Part shown: positions 44,058 to 56,600 of the stretch, in pieces | Position numbering within the stretch: position 1 is the stretch's first letter | How the letters are laid out: each line of letters begins with the position of its first letter | Assembly (NCBI GenBank): GCA_964582055.1 | Contig: CAZOPT010000001.1 | Coordinates: 63,038-127,037, forward strand | Length of the DNA stretch: 64,000 bases | Direction of reading: 5' to 3' | Source of the DNA: an uncultured Opitutales bacterium | GTDB taxonomy: Bacteria; Verrucomicrobiota; Verrucomicrobiia; Opitutales; UBA9783 | The notes under the pieces: generated by a model | Database searches by the model: none | The model's input: the letters and a program-made list of their open reading frames with translations, nothing else | What the model was told of the DNA's origin: nothing | Program-made: the position numbers and the translations under genes

Positions 44058-44461
44058 GAATTTTTAAGTGCTAACATTTTATCGACAAAAAAGACTGGTG
44101 GTTTGATCAATTTACGTTGAGCATTGATAAACGCATGTACGGTAAACCCTTTAGCAATTAGAATATTCTGTCTAAAGAGTTCGTACGTCAAGGTAAAACG
44201 GGCTCGCTGGCAATCTTCCGGAGGAAAAAGCTTTATAAGCAATGTATCATCAAAAAAAGAGGGTAATTTATACGTTAAATCCGCTTGTACGACAGGAAGA
44301 AAAAACCCTTCTTGTTCCATTTTCTTGTAATCAATACCGAGCGATTTTAGCCATTCTACACGTGCTAATTCCAGCCAAACAAAATAACTACTATGATGTA
44401 CAACACCCATAGCATCTGTTTCGGCATATCGTACCTGAATTGGAATTTCAAAGGCTTGCAT
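44054..44461 (-). CDS. 4HBT-fold acyl-CoA thioesterase (YbgC-like)
   Basis: IQVRYAETDAMGVVHHSSYFVWLELARVEWL is the YbgC/4HBT signature. 135 aa. Confidence 0.8.
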   Translation of the reverse strand: MQAFEIPIQVRYAETDAMGVVHHSSYFVWLELARVEWLKSLGIDYKKMEQEGFFLPVVQADLTYKLPSFFDDTLLIKLFPPEDCQRARFTLTYELFRQNILIAKGFTVHAFINAQRKLIKPPVFFVDKMLALKNS

Positions 44462-44877
44462 TAACGTTTTGCTTGCTTCGTTAATTTTTGAGCTACTTGA
44501 AAACGAAAGATTTTATCTAAACGTTCTAATTCTTCATCATCAACAGCTTTTTCAGTTTTTGCTTTTTCCAAAGCTTCTTGAGCGCGTTGAATGGCCGCAT
44601 CAATCGAAGTTTCATCTAAAACTTGTACGTCGATTGCTGCTTCTGTAAGCAGAACCAATTCTGAGCCTCTCAAACGAAAAAATCCGGTATCAATTGCTAT
44701 TGGAATTGTGGTTCCAGCTTCTTTATAAAATACAGTTCCTACCTCTAAAACACCAATAATTGGCAAATGACCTTCGAGAATTTCGATTTCACCGAGTGCT
44801 GTTGGCAAAATTACAGATGTAACTTTGCCTTCAAAAACGGTCTTTTCAGGAACTATGATCTTTAATGTTAATGCCAT
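44461..44877 (-). CDS. atpC: F1 ATP synthase epsilon subunit
   Basis: 138 aa, last gene of the atp operon, with a beta-sandwich N-terminus (LKIIVPEKTVFEGKVTSVILPT) and a helical C-terminus. Confidence 0.85.
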   Translation of the reverse strand: MALTLKIIVPEKTVFEGKVTSVILPTALGEIEILEGHLPIIGVLEVGTVFYKEAGTTIPIAIDTGFFRLRGSELVLLTEAAIDVQVLDETSIDAAIQRAQEALEKAKTEKAVDDEELERLDKIFRFQVAQKLTKQAKR

Positions 44878-44879
44878 AA

Positions 44880-46307
<1,428 letters not shown>

Positions 46308-47192
46308 CTATTGTGCGTTCTGACTTGCCGTAATTTCGACAATTTCTTGCGTAATTCCAGCTTGTCTAGCTTTGTTATATTCCAATTGTAAATTTTGTAT
46401 TAAAGATTCAGCGTTGTCAGTTGCCCCTTTCATGGCTACCATGCGAGCGCTATGTTCTGAAGCTTTTGCTTCCAAAATGATTTGATAAAGCGTTTTTTTC
46501 AAAAAGAGTAAGGGCAAACGTTCCAATATGGTGCGACCATTTGGTTCTACAATAAATTCTCGATCATCTGTTGCCAAATATTTCGGATCAACTCCCATCC
46601 ATTGATATAAAAGCTGCAACTCAGCTTCAAAATCAACCATAGGAAGCAAACGTCGTATTACCGTTTCTTGAACCAAAGTATTCTTAAAACGCGGAAATAA
46701 AACTTCTACTGTATCGATTTTACCGGATTCAAATGCATCTACTAAAAAATGAACAATTTCTTGAACCTGTTTAAAAGTAATTACATCTGGACATGTAAAA
46801 TGCCCCAAAACTTCCGAACGATTACGAGACAAAAATTGAACGCCTTTTTGTCCCATAACAATAAATTTTGTTTCACGAGGCAACTGCATGGCGGTTTTTA
46901 TTAGGTTTTGATTAAGTGAGCCACACAAACCTTTATCAGGTGTAATCAGTAAAACCCCACGATGATGAATCTCTCGTTGCTTCAAAAAAGGATGCTCAAT
47001 AGAATCCCAAGAAACTTGTTTTGTTAATGCGTGCAACAAATCTGCTAATGCGTAAGCATACGTCCGACTTCCCAAAGCACTATCTTGTGCTTTCTTCATT
47101 TTTGAAGAAGCTACCAATTCCATAGCACGCGTAATTTGAGCTGTATTTCTTACCGCACGAATACGCGTTCTAATCTCTCGCATGCCCTTCAT
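46308..47192 (-). CDS. atpG: F1 ATP synthase gamma subunit
   Basis: IRTRIRAVRNTAQITRAMELVASSKM N-terminus and a C-terminal ITQEIVEI motif. Confidence 0.9.
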   Translation of the reverse strand: MKGMREIRTRIRAVRNTAQITRAMELVASSKMKKAQDSALGSRTYAYALADLLHALTKQVSWDSIEHPFLKQREIHHRGVLLITPDKGLCGSLNQNLIKTAMQLPRETKFIVMGQKGVQFLSRNRSEVLGHFTCPDVITFKQVQEIVHFLVDAFESGKIDTVEVLFPRFKNTLVQETVIRRLLPMVDFEAELQLLYQWMGVDPKYLATDDREFIVEPNGRTILERLPLLFLKKTLYQIILEAKASEHSARMVAMKGATDNAESLIQNLQLEYNKARQAGITQEIVEITASQNAQ

Positions 47193-47195
47193 TGC

Positions 47196-48725
47196 TTACC
47201 CTTGCGTCTTTTTCCAATCTTCGAAAATTACTTCAAGTTCTTGCACCAAGGCATCTGACAAAACTTTTTCCTGAAATAACTTTTCCAAAAAATCCTTATG
47301 CAAACTTGTGAAATAATCCATTAAACGTTGTACATAATTTGCCATATCATTCAGCGGCACTTTATCAAATACCCCTTGCTGAATTCCCCATAAAAGCACT
47401 ACTTGAATTTCGACAGGACGCGAACAATGAATACCTTGCTTAAGCAATTCTACAATATGCTGTCCACGTTCTAATTGTTTTCGTGTTTTAGCATCTAAAT
47501 CCGAACCAAATTGCATAAATGCTTGCAATTCTTGATACTGAGCCATTTCCAATTTTAATTGGCCGGCAACTTTCTTTAAAGCCTTTACCTGAGCAGCGGA
47601 TCCAACACGCGATACTGAAATACCCACCGAAATAGCAGGACGCGTTCCCTGATTGAATAAATCCGTTTCCAAGAAAAGCTGTCCGTCTGTAATCGAAATT
47701 ACGTTTGTGGGGATATAAGCCGAAACATCTCCAGCTTGTGTTTCAATAATCGGCAAAGCTGTCAATGACCCACCTCCGTAATTTTTATTAAGACGCGCAG
47801 AACGTTCTAATAAACGCGAATGTAAGTAAAAAACATCTCCTGGGAAAGCTTCACGACCTGAAGGACGTTTTAAAACCAAAGAGATTTGACGATAAGCTAC
47901 AGCGTGCTTCGAAAGATCATCGTATACAATAAGTGCATCCATACCATTTTGCATGAAGAACTCACCCATTGCCGTACCTGAATAAGGTGCAATATATTGA
48001 TTAGCTGCATTTTCAGAAGCAGGAGCCGAAACGACAATCGTGTACTCTAAAGCTCCATGGTCTTCTAGAACTTTTAACGTTCTTGCAATAGTTGCATTTT
48101 TTTGTCCAATTGCAACATAAATGGAATAAACAGGCCGAAAATTAGGATCTTTGCTTTCAAAACCACGACGATTTAATTCTGCTTGATGTAAAATGGCATC
48201 TAGAGCCAACGTTGTTTTTCCTGTTGAACGATCTCCAATGATTAACTCACGCTGTCCACGACCAATAGGAAACATTGCATCAACAGATAAAATGCCGGTT
48301 TGTAGAGGTTGATCAACCGATTGACGGGCAATGATTCCAGGCGCAATTTTTTCAACTGGATAAAATTCTTTTGAAGCAATCTCACCCTTTCCATCGATGG
48401 GTTGGCCTAAAGCATCCACAACACGTCCCAACAATTGCTTTCCAACAGGAACCGAAAGCAACTTACCCGTTGTTTGGCACGTATCACCTACTTTTAACCG
48501 AGAGGTATCTCCCAAAAGAACAACACCTACCTCGTCTTCTTCCAAATTCAGTGCTATTCCAAAGACATTATTGGGAAATTCGATCATTTCGTTCGACATA
48601 ACATTCGAAAGTCCATCGACTTTTGCAACGGAATCTGCCAAAGAAATAATTTTTCCGACATTAGATTGAATCGGTTTTACCTCAAATGATTTAATTGCCT
48701 CTTTTATATCTGAAAGAATAGCCAT
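47196..48725 (-). CDS. atpA: F1 ATP synthase alpha subunit
   Basis: Walker [30 protein letters not shown]. Confidence 0.95.
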   Translation of the reverse strand: MAILSDIKEAIKSFEVKPIQSNVGKIISLADSVAKVDGLSNVMSNEMIEFPNNVFGIALNLEEDEVGVVLLGDTSRLKVGDTCQTTGKLLSVPVGKQLLGRVVDALGQPIDGKGEIASKEFYPVEKIAPGIIARQSVDQPLQTGILSVDAMFPIGRGQRELIIGDRSTGKTTLALDAILHQAELNRRGFESKDPNFRPVYSIYVAIGQKNATIARTLKVLEDHGALEYTIVVSAPASENAANQYIAPYSGTAMGEFFMQNGMDALIVYDDLSKHAVAYRQISLVLKRPSGREAFPGDVFYLHSRLLERSARLNKNYGGGSLTALPIIETQAGDVSAYIPTNVISITDGQLFLETDLFNQGTRPAISVGISVSRVGSAAQVKALKKVAGQLKLEMAQYQELQAFMQFGSDLDAKTRKQLERGQHIVELLKQGIHCSRPVEIQVVLLWGIQQGVFDKVPLNDMANYVQRLMDYFTSLHKDFLEKLFQEKVLSDALVQELEVIFEDWKKTQG

Positions 48726-48731
48726 AATTTT

Positions 48732-49118
48732 CTACTTTAAAGTTTTTATAAGAGCTTGTAATTGCCCTTGTATAGAATAATCCCAAACATTATCTCCGTG
48801 TTGCACTTTGATACCACCAATTAGCTCTGAATGCTCTTCTGCAATAATTTGAACAACGTTCTCGTTGGCTAAAAAAGCATTTAATTGCTTCAAATCTAAG
48901 GGTCCCGCGTAATCAATGATCGCATATTTTTTCCCAAATTCCTTCTGTAAACACGTCCAAAAATAACTTGCGAATGTTTTTGTATTTCGGGGATAATTTG
49001 CCCCAAAAAAATGCATAACGTCTTTCACGCGATTTATAACATCTTCCGAAGAAATTCCTTTAAAACAACTTTCTGCTAATTGTTGAATTAAAGTCTTATG
49101 TTTACGCTCAATGATCAT
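48732..49118 (-). CDS. atpH: F1 ATP synthase delta (OSCP) subunit, unusually short (128 aa)
   Basis: Lies between atpF and atpA. It has the C-terminal OSCP-like motif ELIGGIKVQHGDNVWDYSIQGQL, but the N-terminal domain appears shortened. Confidence 0.7.
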   Translation of the reverse strand: MIIERKHKTLIQQLAESCFKGISSEDVINRVKDVMHFFGANYPRNTKTFASYFWTCLQKEFGKKYAIIDYAGPLDLKQLNAFLANENVVQIIAEEHSELIGGIKVQHGDNVWDYSIQGQLQALIKTLK

Positions 49119-49684
49119 GCGTCACCTTTTGAAGCTAAAACTTCTGAAGCTTTCTTGTTTAATTGTGTACGAACTTCATCTGTTAATACATCCTTTAAAA
49201 CATGCTCTGTTGTTGCTACCACTAAACTGGCAACTTCAGTCTTTACTTCAGTTAACATTTTACGACGTTCAGATTCAATTGCACTTTGGGCTTGGGTTAA
49301 TATTTGTTCAACTTTTTGCTCAGCAACTCGTTTCTGCTCTTGCAAATACGTTTCACCCTCACGTTTCGTTTTATCAAATAATGACTGTGCATCTTCCTGT
49401 GCTTTTTTCAATAAATCTCGACGTTCTTGCTCAGCAGCTGCTAATTGCGCTTTCATTTCATCGGCATAGTGCAAACCTTCGGAAATTTTTTTCTGACGTT
49501 CTTCAACGGTTTTTAAAACAGGTTTTATACCAAACCGATACAGCACGTAAGAAACAAGGCAAAAATTAATGACTTGAGCCATCAATAAATCCCCTTGTAC
49601 ACCGAAATTATCCATCAAACGCGTTACAGCATTGGTGGATTCAGTTGTAGTTGCAAAAAACAAGAAAAAATTACACGTCATCAT
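49115..49684 (-). CDS. atpF: Fo ATP synthase b subunit
   Basis: N-terminal TM followed by a long Ala/Glu/Lys/Gln coiled coil. It overlaps atpH by 4 nt. Confidence 0.8.
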   Translation of the reverse strand: MMTCNFFLFFATTTESTNAVTRLMDNFGVQGDLLMAQVINFCLVSYVLYRFGIKPVLKTVEERQKKISEGLHYADEMKAQLAAAEQERRDLLKKAQEDAQSLFDKTKREGETYLQEQKRVAEQKVEQILTQAQSAIESERRKMLTEVKTEVASLVVATTEHVLKDVLTDEVRTQLNKKASEVLASKGDA

Positions 49685-49702
49685 TCGTAAAACTTATAAA
49701 TT

Positions 49703-49921
49703 CTATCCTTGATACAAGAATAGTGAATAAAAGGCAACCGCTTCAGCTAAAGCCATACCGAGAATAGCTTGAACCAAAATTTTTCCAGAAACGCCAGGAT
49801 TCCGTCCTACCATCTCAACAGCCTTCATGCCGATTAAACCTACCCCAATCGCTGCACCCAAACAGCCCAAAGCGGCAGTTAAACCACGTCCGATATCTCC
49901 TCCTAATGCATTCATATCCAT
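49703..49921 (-). CDS. atpE: Fo ATP synthase c subunit
   Basis: 72-aa hairpin with a GRNPG loop and carboxylate context MALAEAVAF. The residue after Glu is Ala, with no Gln/Ser/Thr Na+ signature, so it is probably H+-coupled. Confidence 0.9.
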   Translation of the reverse strand: MDMNALGGDIGRGLTAALGCLGAAIGVGLIGMKAVEMVGRNPGVSGKILVQAILGMALAEAVAFYSLFLYQG

Positions 49922-49961
49922 ATATTTATTTGATGATTGTTATTGTTTTTTTCAAAAATTT

Positions 49962-50861
49962 TCATTCGTGCGATTCCTCCTCGTCATGATTACAAATAGA
50001 ACCAATGTAAACCGCTACCAGCAAGGTAAACACGAAGGCTTGAACAGCGCCAATAAGAATTTCAAGAAAGTAAAAAGGAATGGGAACAATATATTTTGTC
50101 CAGGGGGCTAAAGCCATAATGCTGTTAAGTAAGTTTTCTCCTCCAAAAACATTTCCATAAAGACGAAAAGAAAGTGAAACAACTCTGAAAAGAATCGAGA
50201 TGCATTCAATAAACCCAACGCCTAAGAAAATAAAGAATAAAAAGCTATAAATTCCAAGAGAAATTTCATTACGATCTGCCTTGTTGCCAAAAATGTGGAG
50301 AATTGCTCCTTTGCATCCTATATATTTCCATACAAAAAAACACCAGGCAAGTGTTGCAATAATAGCTAAAGCCAATGTTGCATTTAAGTCAGCATTTGAA
50401 GGTCTGAAAAAGTAAGTGAAGTGTCCATGATCATAGTAACCGATCGTACCAACTCCAGGTAACAAACTGCTCCAATTTTGCATTAAAATATAAATAAAAA
50501 ATCCGACTAGTAAAGGAAATGCTACTTTAACAACGTTTTTTCCAACAATCGGTGTTACGACATCATAAAGACTACTTATAATTGTTTCAACAACTAATTG
50601 GCCTTTGCTAGGTACCCACTTGGGTTTTCCAATGAGCCAGCGTATAAAAACGAGAATAGCTAAGGATATGATCCATGTATATAACATCCCATTGGTTATT
50701 GGAAAAGAACCTATTGAAAAAAGTACATAAGGCTTAGGGCTTACTGCTGCACTTGATGCATAAGTCCATGTTGACATTAAGCAAGCCGCTAACACTAAAC
50801 AACTTTTTTTATAGGTTAACATCCTATTAATTAACGTTAACCTTTTTTTTATAAAAATCAA
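49962..50861 (-). CDS. atpB: Fo ATP synthase a subunit
   Basis: Polytopic protein with the conserved Arg helix (LSFRLYGNVFGGE). The real start may be the internal MLTYKK (50822). Confidence 0.9.
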   Translation of the reverse strand: MIFIKKRLTLINRMLTYKKSCLVLAACLMSTWTYASSAAVSPKPYVLFSIGSFPITNGMLYTWIISLAILVFIRWLIGKPKWVPSKGQLVVETIISSLYDVVTPIVGKNVVKVAFPLLVGFFIYILMQNWSSLLPGVGTIGYYDHGHFTYFFRPSNADLNATLALAIIATLAWCFFVWKYIGCKGAILHIFGNKADRNEISLGIYSFLFFIFLGVGFIECISILFRVVSLSFRLYGNVFGGENLLNSIMALAPWTKYIVPIPFYFLEILIGAVQAFVFTLLVAVYIGSICNHDEEESHE

Positions 50862-51084
50862 TTTATTTTTTTAATTCGGAAAAAATTTCTTATTTTGTTG
50901 TTTTTTATAGGTTTTAATCAAAAAAATTTTTTCTATAATCAATATAAAAATAGAATTACCTTAATAATGCTGTAAGTAAATTCATTAAAAAATAATTTCA
51001 AAAAAGCTTGCATTTGAAAATTTACAAAGACAAAATGCTGATAAAAACTTAATGGTACATATTATGCTTGAAAGGAAGGGTTAT

Positions 51085-52467
51085 ATGAAAGGTTTTAGTA
51101 ATCAAGCAATTGGGGTGTTGCTTATATTATCGGGATGTACTTCTATGAGTTCTAAAGTAAGTTCGTGTGCATCTCACGAATGGCAGCCGGTAACCTATCC
51201 TAAAAATGCTGTAATTATGAAAACACCTACTTTTGATGCAAACGGACAATATAACTTAGCAGATTTGTTAGATTTAGGGCTTTCTAAAAATCCACAGACG
51301 CGTTCGGCTTGGTGGCATGCAAAGCAGGTTTTAGCACAAAAGGGTCGTACAAATTCGCAATTTTTCCCAACAATTTCTACACATTTAGATGCAAATCGAA
51401 ATCAAACAGGAGCTGTTTTAGGGGCTGCAAGCACTAAGATTGACAATTGGGGACCTTCATTGCAAGTTTCTTATCGTTTGTTCCAGTTTGGGGCAAGTGT
51501 AGCCGATGCTAAGCGTGCTGCTTGTATGCTAGCTGCAGCGAATTATGACTTTAACAATACTTTACAAACAGTTGTTTTTAATATTCAGCAATGTTATTAC
51601 AAGTATGTTTCTGCGATTGCGACAATAGAAGCTTGTGAGAGTAACCTAAAGGATGCGGAAGCTTCTTTTGAGGCGGTACAAAACAAGCAGGAAAGCGGAT
51701 TGGCAAGAATACAAGACGCATTGTTGGCAAAGGCAGACAAGTTGCAAGCGGATTACGAGCTTCAGTCGGCTCGTTCGGCTTTAGAAGCTACTCGTGCAGA
51801 ATTGGCTTTGGCGGTAGGTGTGCCCGTTTCGAAGCAATTTGAGGTGGTTACACAAGCAGGAGAAGTTGAACGTACGGTTTTGACGGATCAGGTTGAAGAT
51901 TTATTGCAAGAAGCTCTTCAAAAACGTTCGGATATTTTATCTGCAGAAGCAAATTTACATGCACAAAATTGGGCTCATTTGAAAACACAGCGAGAGGTTT
52001 TGCCAACCCTTGATGTTGTTGGAAGTGTTGGTACCTTACGTTATGATAAAGACAGTCATTGGCAGCGAAACTATGGTATTGGAATTGGAGTTTCTTGGAA
52101 TTTATTCGATGGTTTTGATACGCAATACAAAAAATTGGAAAGTTATGCTGCTTTAAAAAATCAAACTTACTTATTTCATCAACAGCAATTGCAAGTTTTA
52201 CGTGATGTTTGGTCGACATTTCACGCATTTCAATCGTCCGTTCAGTTGTTGAATTCCGCTAAAGCTCTTGAATCTGCTGCTAAAGAATCATTTATTGCGA
52301 TTCGTACCGGTTATGATGCAGGATTAAATAGTTTATTAGACTTGTTATCGGCTCAAAAAACTTTGTCTCAAGCACGTGTAAAACGTATTAGTTCTCAATC
52401 CAATTTGGCGATTCATTGGGTCCAATTGGCTTATGTAACCGGACGTTTACAAACAAAAGATTTTTAA
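51085..52467 (+). CDS. Outer membrane efflux lipoprotein (TolC/NodT/OprM family)
   Basis: An ATG at 51085 is preceded by AGGAAGG, and there is a lipobox (LLILSGC). The two OEP repeats have the typical Q/A/L-rich helices. It lies upstream of the MFP and RND genes. Confidence 0.8.
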   Translation: MKGFSNQAIGVLLILSGCTSMSSKVSSCASHEWQPVTYPKNAVIMKTPTFDANGQYNLADLLDLGLSKNPQTRSAWWHAKQVLAQKGRTNSQFFPTISTHLDANRNQTGAVLGAASTKIDNWGPSLQVSYRLFQFGASVADAKRAACMLAAANYDFNNTLQTVVFNIQQCYYKYVSAIATIEACESNLKDAEASFEAVQNKQESGLARIQDALLAKADKLQADYELQSARSALEATRAELALAVGVPVSKQFEVVTQAGEVERTVLTDQVEDLLQEALQKRSDILSAEANLHAQNWAHLKTQREVLPTLDVVGSVGTLRYDKDSHWQRNYGIGIGVSWNLFDGFDTQYKKLESYAALKNQTYLFHQQQLQVLRDVWSTFHAFQSSVQLLNSAKALESAAKESFIAIRTGYDAGLNSLLDLLSAQKTLSQARVKRISSQSNLAIHWVQLAYVTGRLQTKDF

Positions 52468-52476
52468 TCGTTTATT

Positions 52477-53631
52477 ATGAATACAACAAAAAAACAATGG
52501 TTTTATTACCTTGCTGCTACCATAAGCTTTTTGATTTTGGTATTAGCTTGGCAATTTGTTTCAAAGCGTTTGCACAAAAAAGCAGAAGAAGCAGCTTCTT
52601 TAAAGTTAGCGATTTCGGTTGCAAAACCTCATGTAGCTTCCGTAAAAAGTTATGTAGAATCTGTGGGGCAGTGTACTGCGTTTCAGCAAATTTCTTTAGT
52701 GCCCCAAATTGAGGGTACTTTGGTTAAAGTTGCTTACCCAAATGGTGGGCAGGTAAAAAAAGGAGATCTTTTGTTTCAAATCGATGATGATTCCTTTAAA
52801 GCTTATTTAAAGCAAAGCGAAGCGCAATTAGCGATGGATGAAGCCCGCCATCAATTGAATGTATTGCAATTGAAACGTTCGGAAGGCTTACGTTCAGGTA
52901 ATTTCGTTTCTCAGCAAGAATATGATACTTATAAGGCTAATGTGGATGCAAGTGCTGCGCAAATTGAATTCGATAAAGCTGCTTGTGCGTTGAAAGGTAT
53001 TGACTTAGATCATTGCTATATTCAAGCACCTTTTGCGGGGGAATTGGGAAAATCGTCTGTTGATCCAAATGCTTTTGTCACCAAAGGAACCCATTTGGCG
53101 GTATTAAATCAATTACAACCGATTTATGTTGATTCCTTTTTAGCTGAAAAACATTTAGTAGAATTACAAAAGGCATTAAAAGAACACCAGGATGATGTTA
53201 CTGTTGAAGCACGTCTTATTGATGACAAAACAGTTTCTCAAACCGGGAAATTAATATTTGTCAGCAATGAAGTTGAAAAAAATACGGGAACATTTGATGT
53301 ACGTGCTCAATTTGAAAACGATCAATTACAATTTTGGGCAGGCCGTGGTGTTGATTTAAAAATTTATTACAAAACTTTATCTAACGTTTTGTTAGTACCC
53401 GAAAGTGCAATTCATGAAGGTAACAAAGGAAGTTTTGTTTATATTGTTAATGCCCAAGGTTTATCGGAAATGCGTTATGTCGAAATTGATCAAACGTATG
53501 ATAATTGGATTGTTATTTTATCCGGTTTGTCGGGTGACGAGCAAGTTATTGCAGAGGGTCACGCACTGTTAGCCCCTGGAATGCCTGTTCAAATAACGAC
53601 AACTGTAACAGCCCCTACTTCTTTAAAATAA
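52477..53631 (+). CDS. RND efflux periplasmic adaptor (membrane fusion protein)
   Basis: N-terminal anchor, lipoyl/hairpin region (GDLLFQIDDDSFKAYLKQSEAQL) and YIQAPFAGELG motif. Confidence 0.85.
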   Translation: MNTTKKQWFYYLAATISFLILVLAWQFVSKRLHKKAEEAASLKLAISVAKPHVASVKSYVESVGQCTAFQQISLVPQIEGTLVKVAYPNGGQVKKGDLLFQIDDDSFKAYLKQSEAQLAMDEARHQLNVLQLKRSEGLRSGNFVSQQEYDTYKANVDASAAQIEFDKAACALKGIDLDHCYIQAPFAGELGKSSVDPNAFVTKGTHLAVLNQLQPIYVDSFLAEKHLVELQKALKEHQDDVTVEARLIDDKTVSQTGKLIFVSNEVEKNTGTFDVRAQFENDQLQFWAGRGVDLKIYYKTLSNVLLVPESAIHEGNKGSFVYIVNAQGLSEMRYVEIDQTYDNWIVILSGLSGDEQVIAEGHALLAPGMPVQITTTVTAPTSLK

Positions 53632-53649
53632 GACAAAAGAGAGGTTTTT

Positions 53650-56600
53650 ATGAAAAGTATCTGCGATCCATTTATTCGCCGTCCTATTGCAACTATTTTG
53701 TTGGCAATTAGTGTAACATTATTAGGAATTGCTTGTTATCGCAAGTTACCCGTTAGTGCACTTCCTAAAGTCGATTATCCTGTTATTCAAGTTTCCGCAT
53801 CGTTTCCAGGAATGAGTTCTGAAATGATGGCTAATTCTATTGCAAGTCCATTGGAAAAAGAATTCATGGAAATTGATGGAATGAATGAAGTTCTTTCGGA
53901 AAGCCGTTTAGGTTCGACAGCTTTAACACTTAACTTTGATTTAGATAAATCGATTGATGTTGCAGCGATGGAAGTGCAAGCAGCGATTACGCGTGCACAA
54001 CGTAAGTTACCAAAGGATTTACCATCAACGCCTCAATACCGTAAACGAGACCCTAATAGTGATCCTATTTACTTCTTAGTTTTAGTTAGTAATAGTATGA
54101 CCAAATCGGCTTTGTATGATTATGCTAAAACAAAAGTTGGGCAGCAGCTTAATAAAGTTGAAGGGGTTTCGCAAGTTCAGGTCTATGGAGTTCCACGTGC
54201 TGTTCGCGTAGATCTAGATAACCGTAAATTGCGTTTATTAAATTTATCTGTCAGTGACGTTACGAATGCAGTCCAACAACATACGATGATTTTAAGTATG
54301 GGGCGTTTAAAAGGAGAAACAAGTACTTTGACTTTGTCGTCTGATGGACAATTGACGCGTGCCAAAGAGTATGGAGAAATTGTAGTTAAAACGGTTAATG
54401 GTCGTGCAATTTATCTGAAAGATGTAGCTCATTGTGTTGATGGATTTCAAGAAGAAGACTTTCAAGTTAAATTTTGGGCAAGTGGTGTAACAATCGATAT
54501 GGATTCCATTATCGTTCTAGCGGTTAGCCAAGCTCCTGGAGCGAATACCGTAGAAGTATCATCTCGTATCAATGAAATGTTACCTTATTTATATAAAACA
54601 TTGCCGCCTTCCGTTAAATTAATGCCTATTTATGATAAAGCTAAAAGTATTTTAGATTCTATTAATGAAGTAAAAGAAACGATTATTATTGCATTTATTT
54701 TAGTTGCAGTCGTTATTTTCCTCTTTTTAGGACGCGTTCGAGAAACCATCATTCCTGTTGTAGCTATGCCATTGTCTTTATTCATCACATTTATTGTCAT
54801 GAAGCAACTTGGCTATAGTCTCGATAACTTGTCATTGATGGCTTTAACCTTAGCAATCGGGTTCTTGGTGGATGATGCTATTGTGTTTCTGGAGAATGTA
54901 GTTCGGCATATGGAAGCTGGAATGGGGCCCTTGGAAGCAGCATTTAAAGGAGCTTCTGAAATCAGCTTCACCATTTTATCCATGACATTTTCACTGATGG
55001 CCACCTTTTTGCCAATTATTTTCATGGATGGTCAAATTGGTCGCGTATTTCGTGAATTTTCTGTAACTATTGTCGTATCCATTTTCGCCTCCGGACTCGT
55101 ATCGTTAACAGTTACCCCTGTTATGTGTGCGCGGTTTTTAAAGAAACATAAAAGAGATGACAAAACTGTTATTGAACGTTTTGCTTATAATTTAGAACAC
55201 AGCTTTTTAAAATGGTATCGTAAACGTTTGTATTGGTTTTTTGAACATCGCTGGTTTTCTTGGTGGGTTTGGTCTGCTTGTATTATAAGTATGGTTGTAC
55301 TGTTCCTTGCCATTCCAAAAACTTTTTTACCTGCCGGTGATAGTTCTGCTATTATGGGTGTTTTTATGACTCAAACGGGTACGTCTCCAGACCAAATGCA
55401 TCGTTATCAAGATCAAATTAAAGCTATTATTTCGAAGCACCCAGCTGTTAAAGTTACAATGAATGCTAGTGGTATTGGTCAGTTCATGGCAAGTAACCAA
55501 GGCGTTGTTTTAGTTGTTTTAAAGGATTTAAAGGATCGTAAATCGTTAAGTGGTGGTAAAGATGTTTCCATCGATAAACTTTGTAAAGAATTGCAAGGAA
55601 TGTTGTTCCAAGTCCCAGGTATTTTGCCGTTGATCAAGCCAATGCCAGTTTTGGAAATTCAAACCAGTTCTGCAGATAATCGCCGCGGTAAATATGTTTA
55701 TACTGTAACAGGTATGGAAGCAGATGAAGTCAATAAAGCAGCTCAAGAATTAGTCAAACGCTTTGCTTCGGTACCCGGTATTGATATACGTTCGCTCAAT
55801 TGTAACGTTGAGTTGAATGATCCGACTTTGGATGTTCATTATAATCGCCGCCGTTTATTCCAATATGGACTTACACCTTATGCGCTTGAAAATACGATAA
55901 AGGAAGGTCTTTCATTAAATTATTCGTATCTAATTAAAGGTGACATGGAACAATACGAAGTAATTGTGGCTTCGCAAATGTCTCAACGTCGATCGATGCA
56001 ACATATGAATTCCTTAAGTGTCGCCAATCCAAATGGACGTTCTATTCCAATGGATGCTTTAGTTGATATGGAGCGAAATGTAGGGCCTGTAAGTGTATTC
56101 CATAAAAATAATTTCCCTTCAGCAGATATCTTTTTTAATTTGAATGGTAAAGTTGCTTTGAGTCAAACGATTGAAGCCATTGAAGCTATTGCTAAAGATG
56201 TTTGTACTAATGGAGTTGATGGTGAATTAGGAGGTGAATCTAAAGAATTCCAGCAATCGATGAAAAGTCTAACATTTTTACTATTCGTAGCCATATTTGT
56301 TATGTATGTTGTGTTGGGCTGTTTATATGAACATTGGATCCATCCTTTAACCGTATTATCAACTTTGCCGGTAGCTTTGGCCGGTGGTTTAATTACGCTT
56401 TACCTCTTTAATGCCGAGTTTTCTCTCTACGCCTTTATCGGATTGTTTATGTTAATGGGTATTGTAAAGAAAAATGGTATTATTTTGGTCGATTTCGCTG
56501 TTGAAAAACAACGTTTAGGGCAAAGTCCAGAAGAAGCAATTTTGGACGCTTGCTGCGACCGCTTTCGTCCAATTTTAATGACAACCGTCAGTACCGTTTT

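Noticed and set aside
49098-49569. Two overlapping plus-strand ORFs (123 and 152 aa) opposite atpF/atpH
   Set aside because: The antisense of a Lys/Glu/Ala/Gln coiled-coil gene is naturally stop-free. The translations are Leu/Ser/Cys-rich nonsense.
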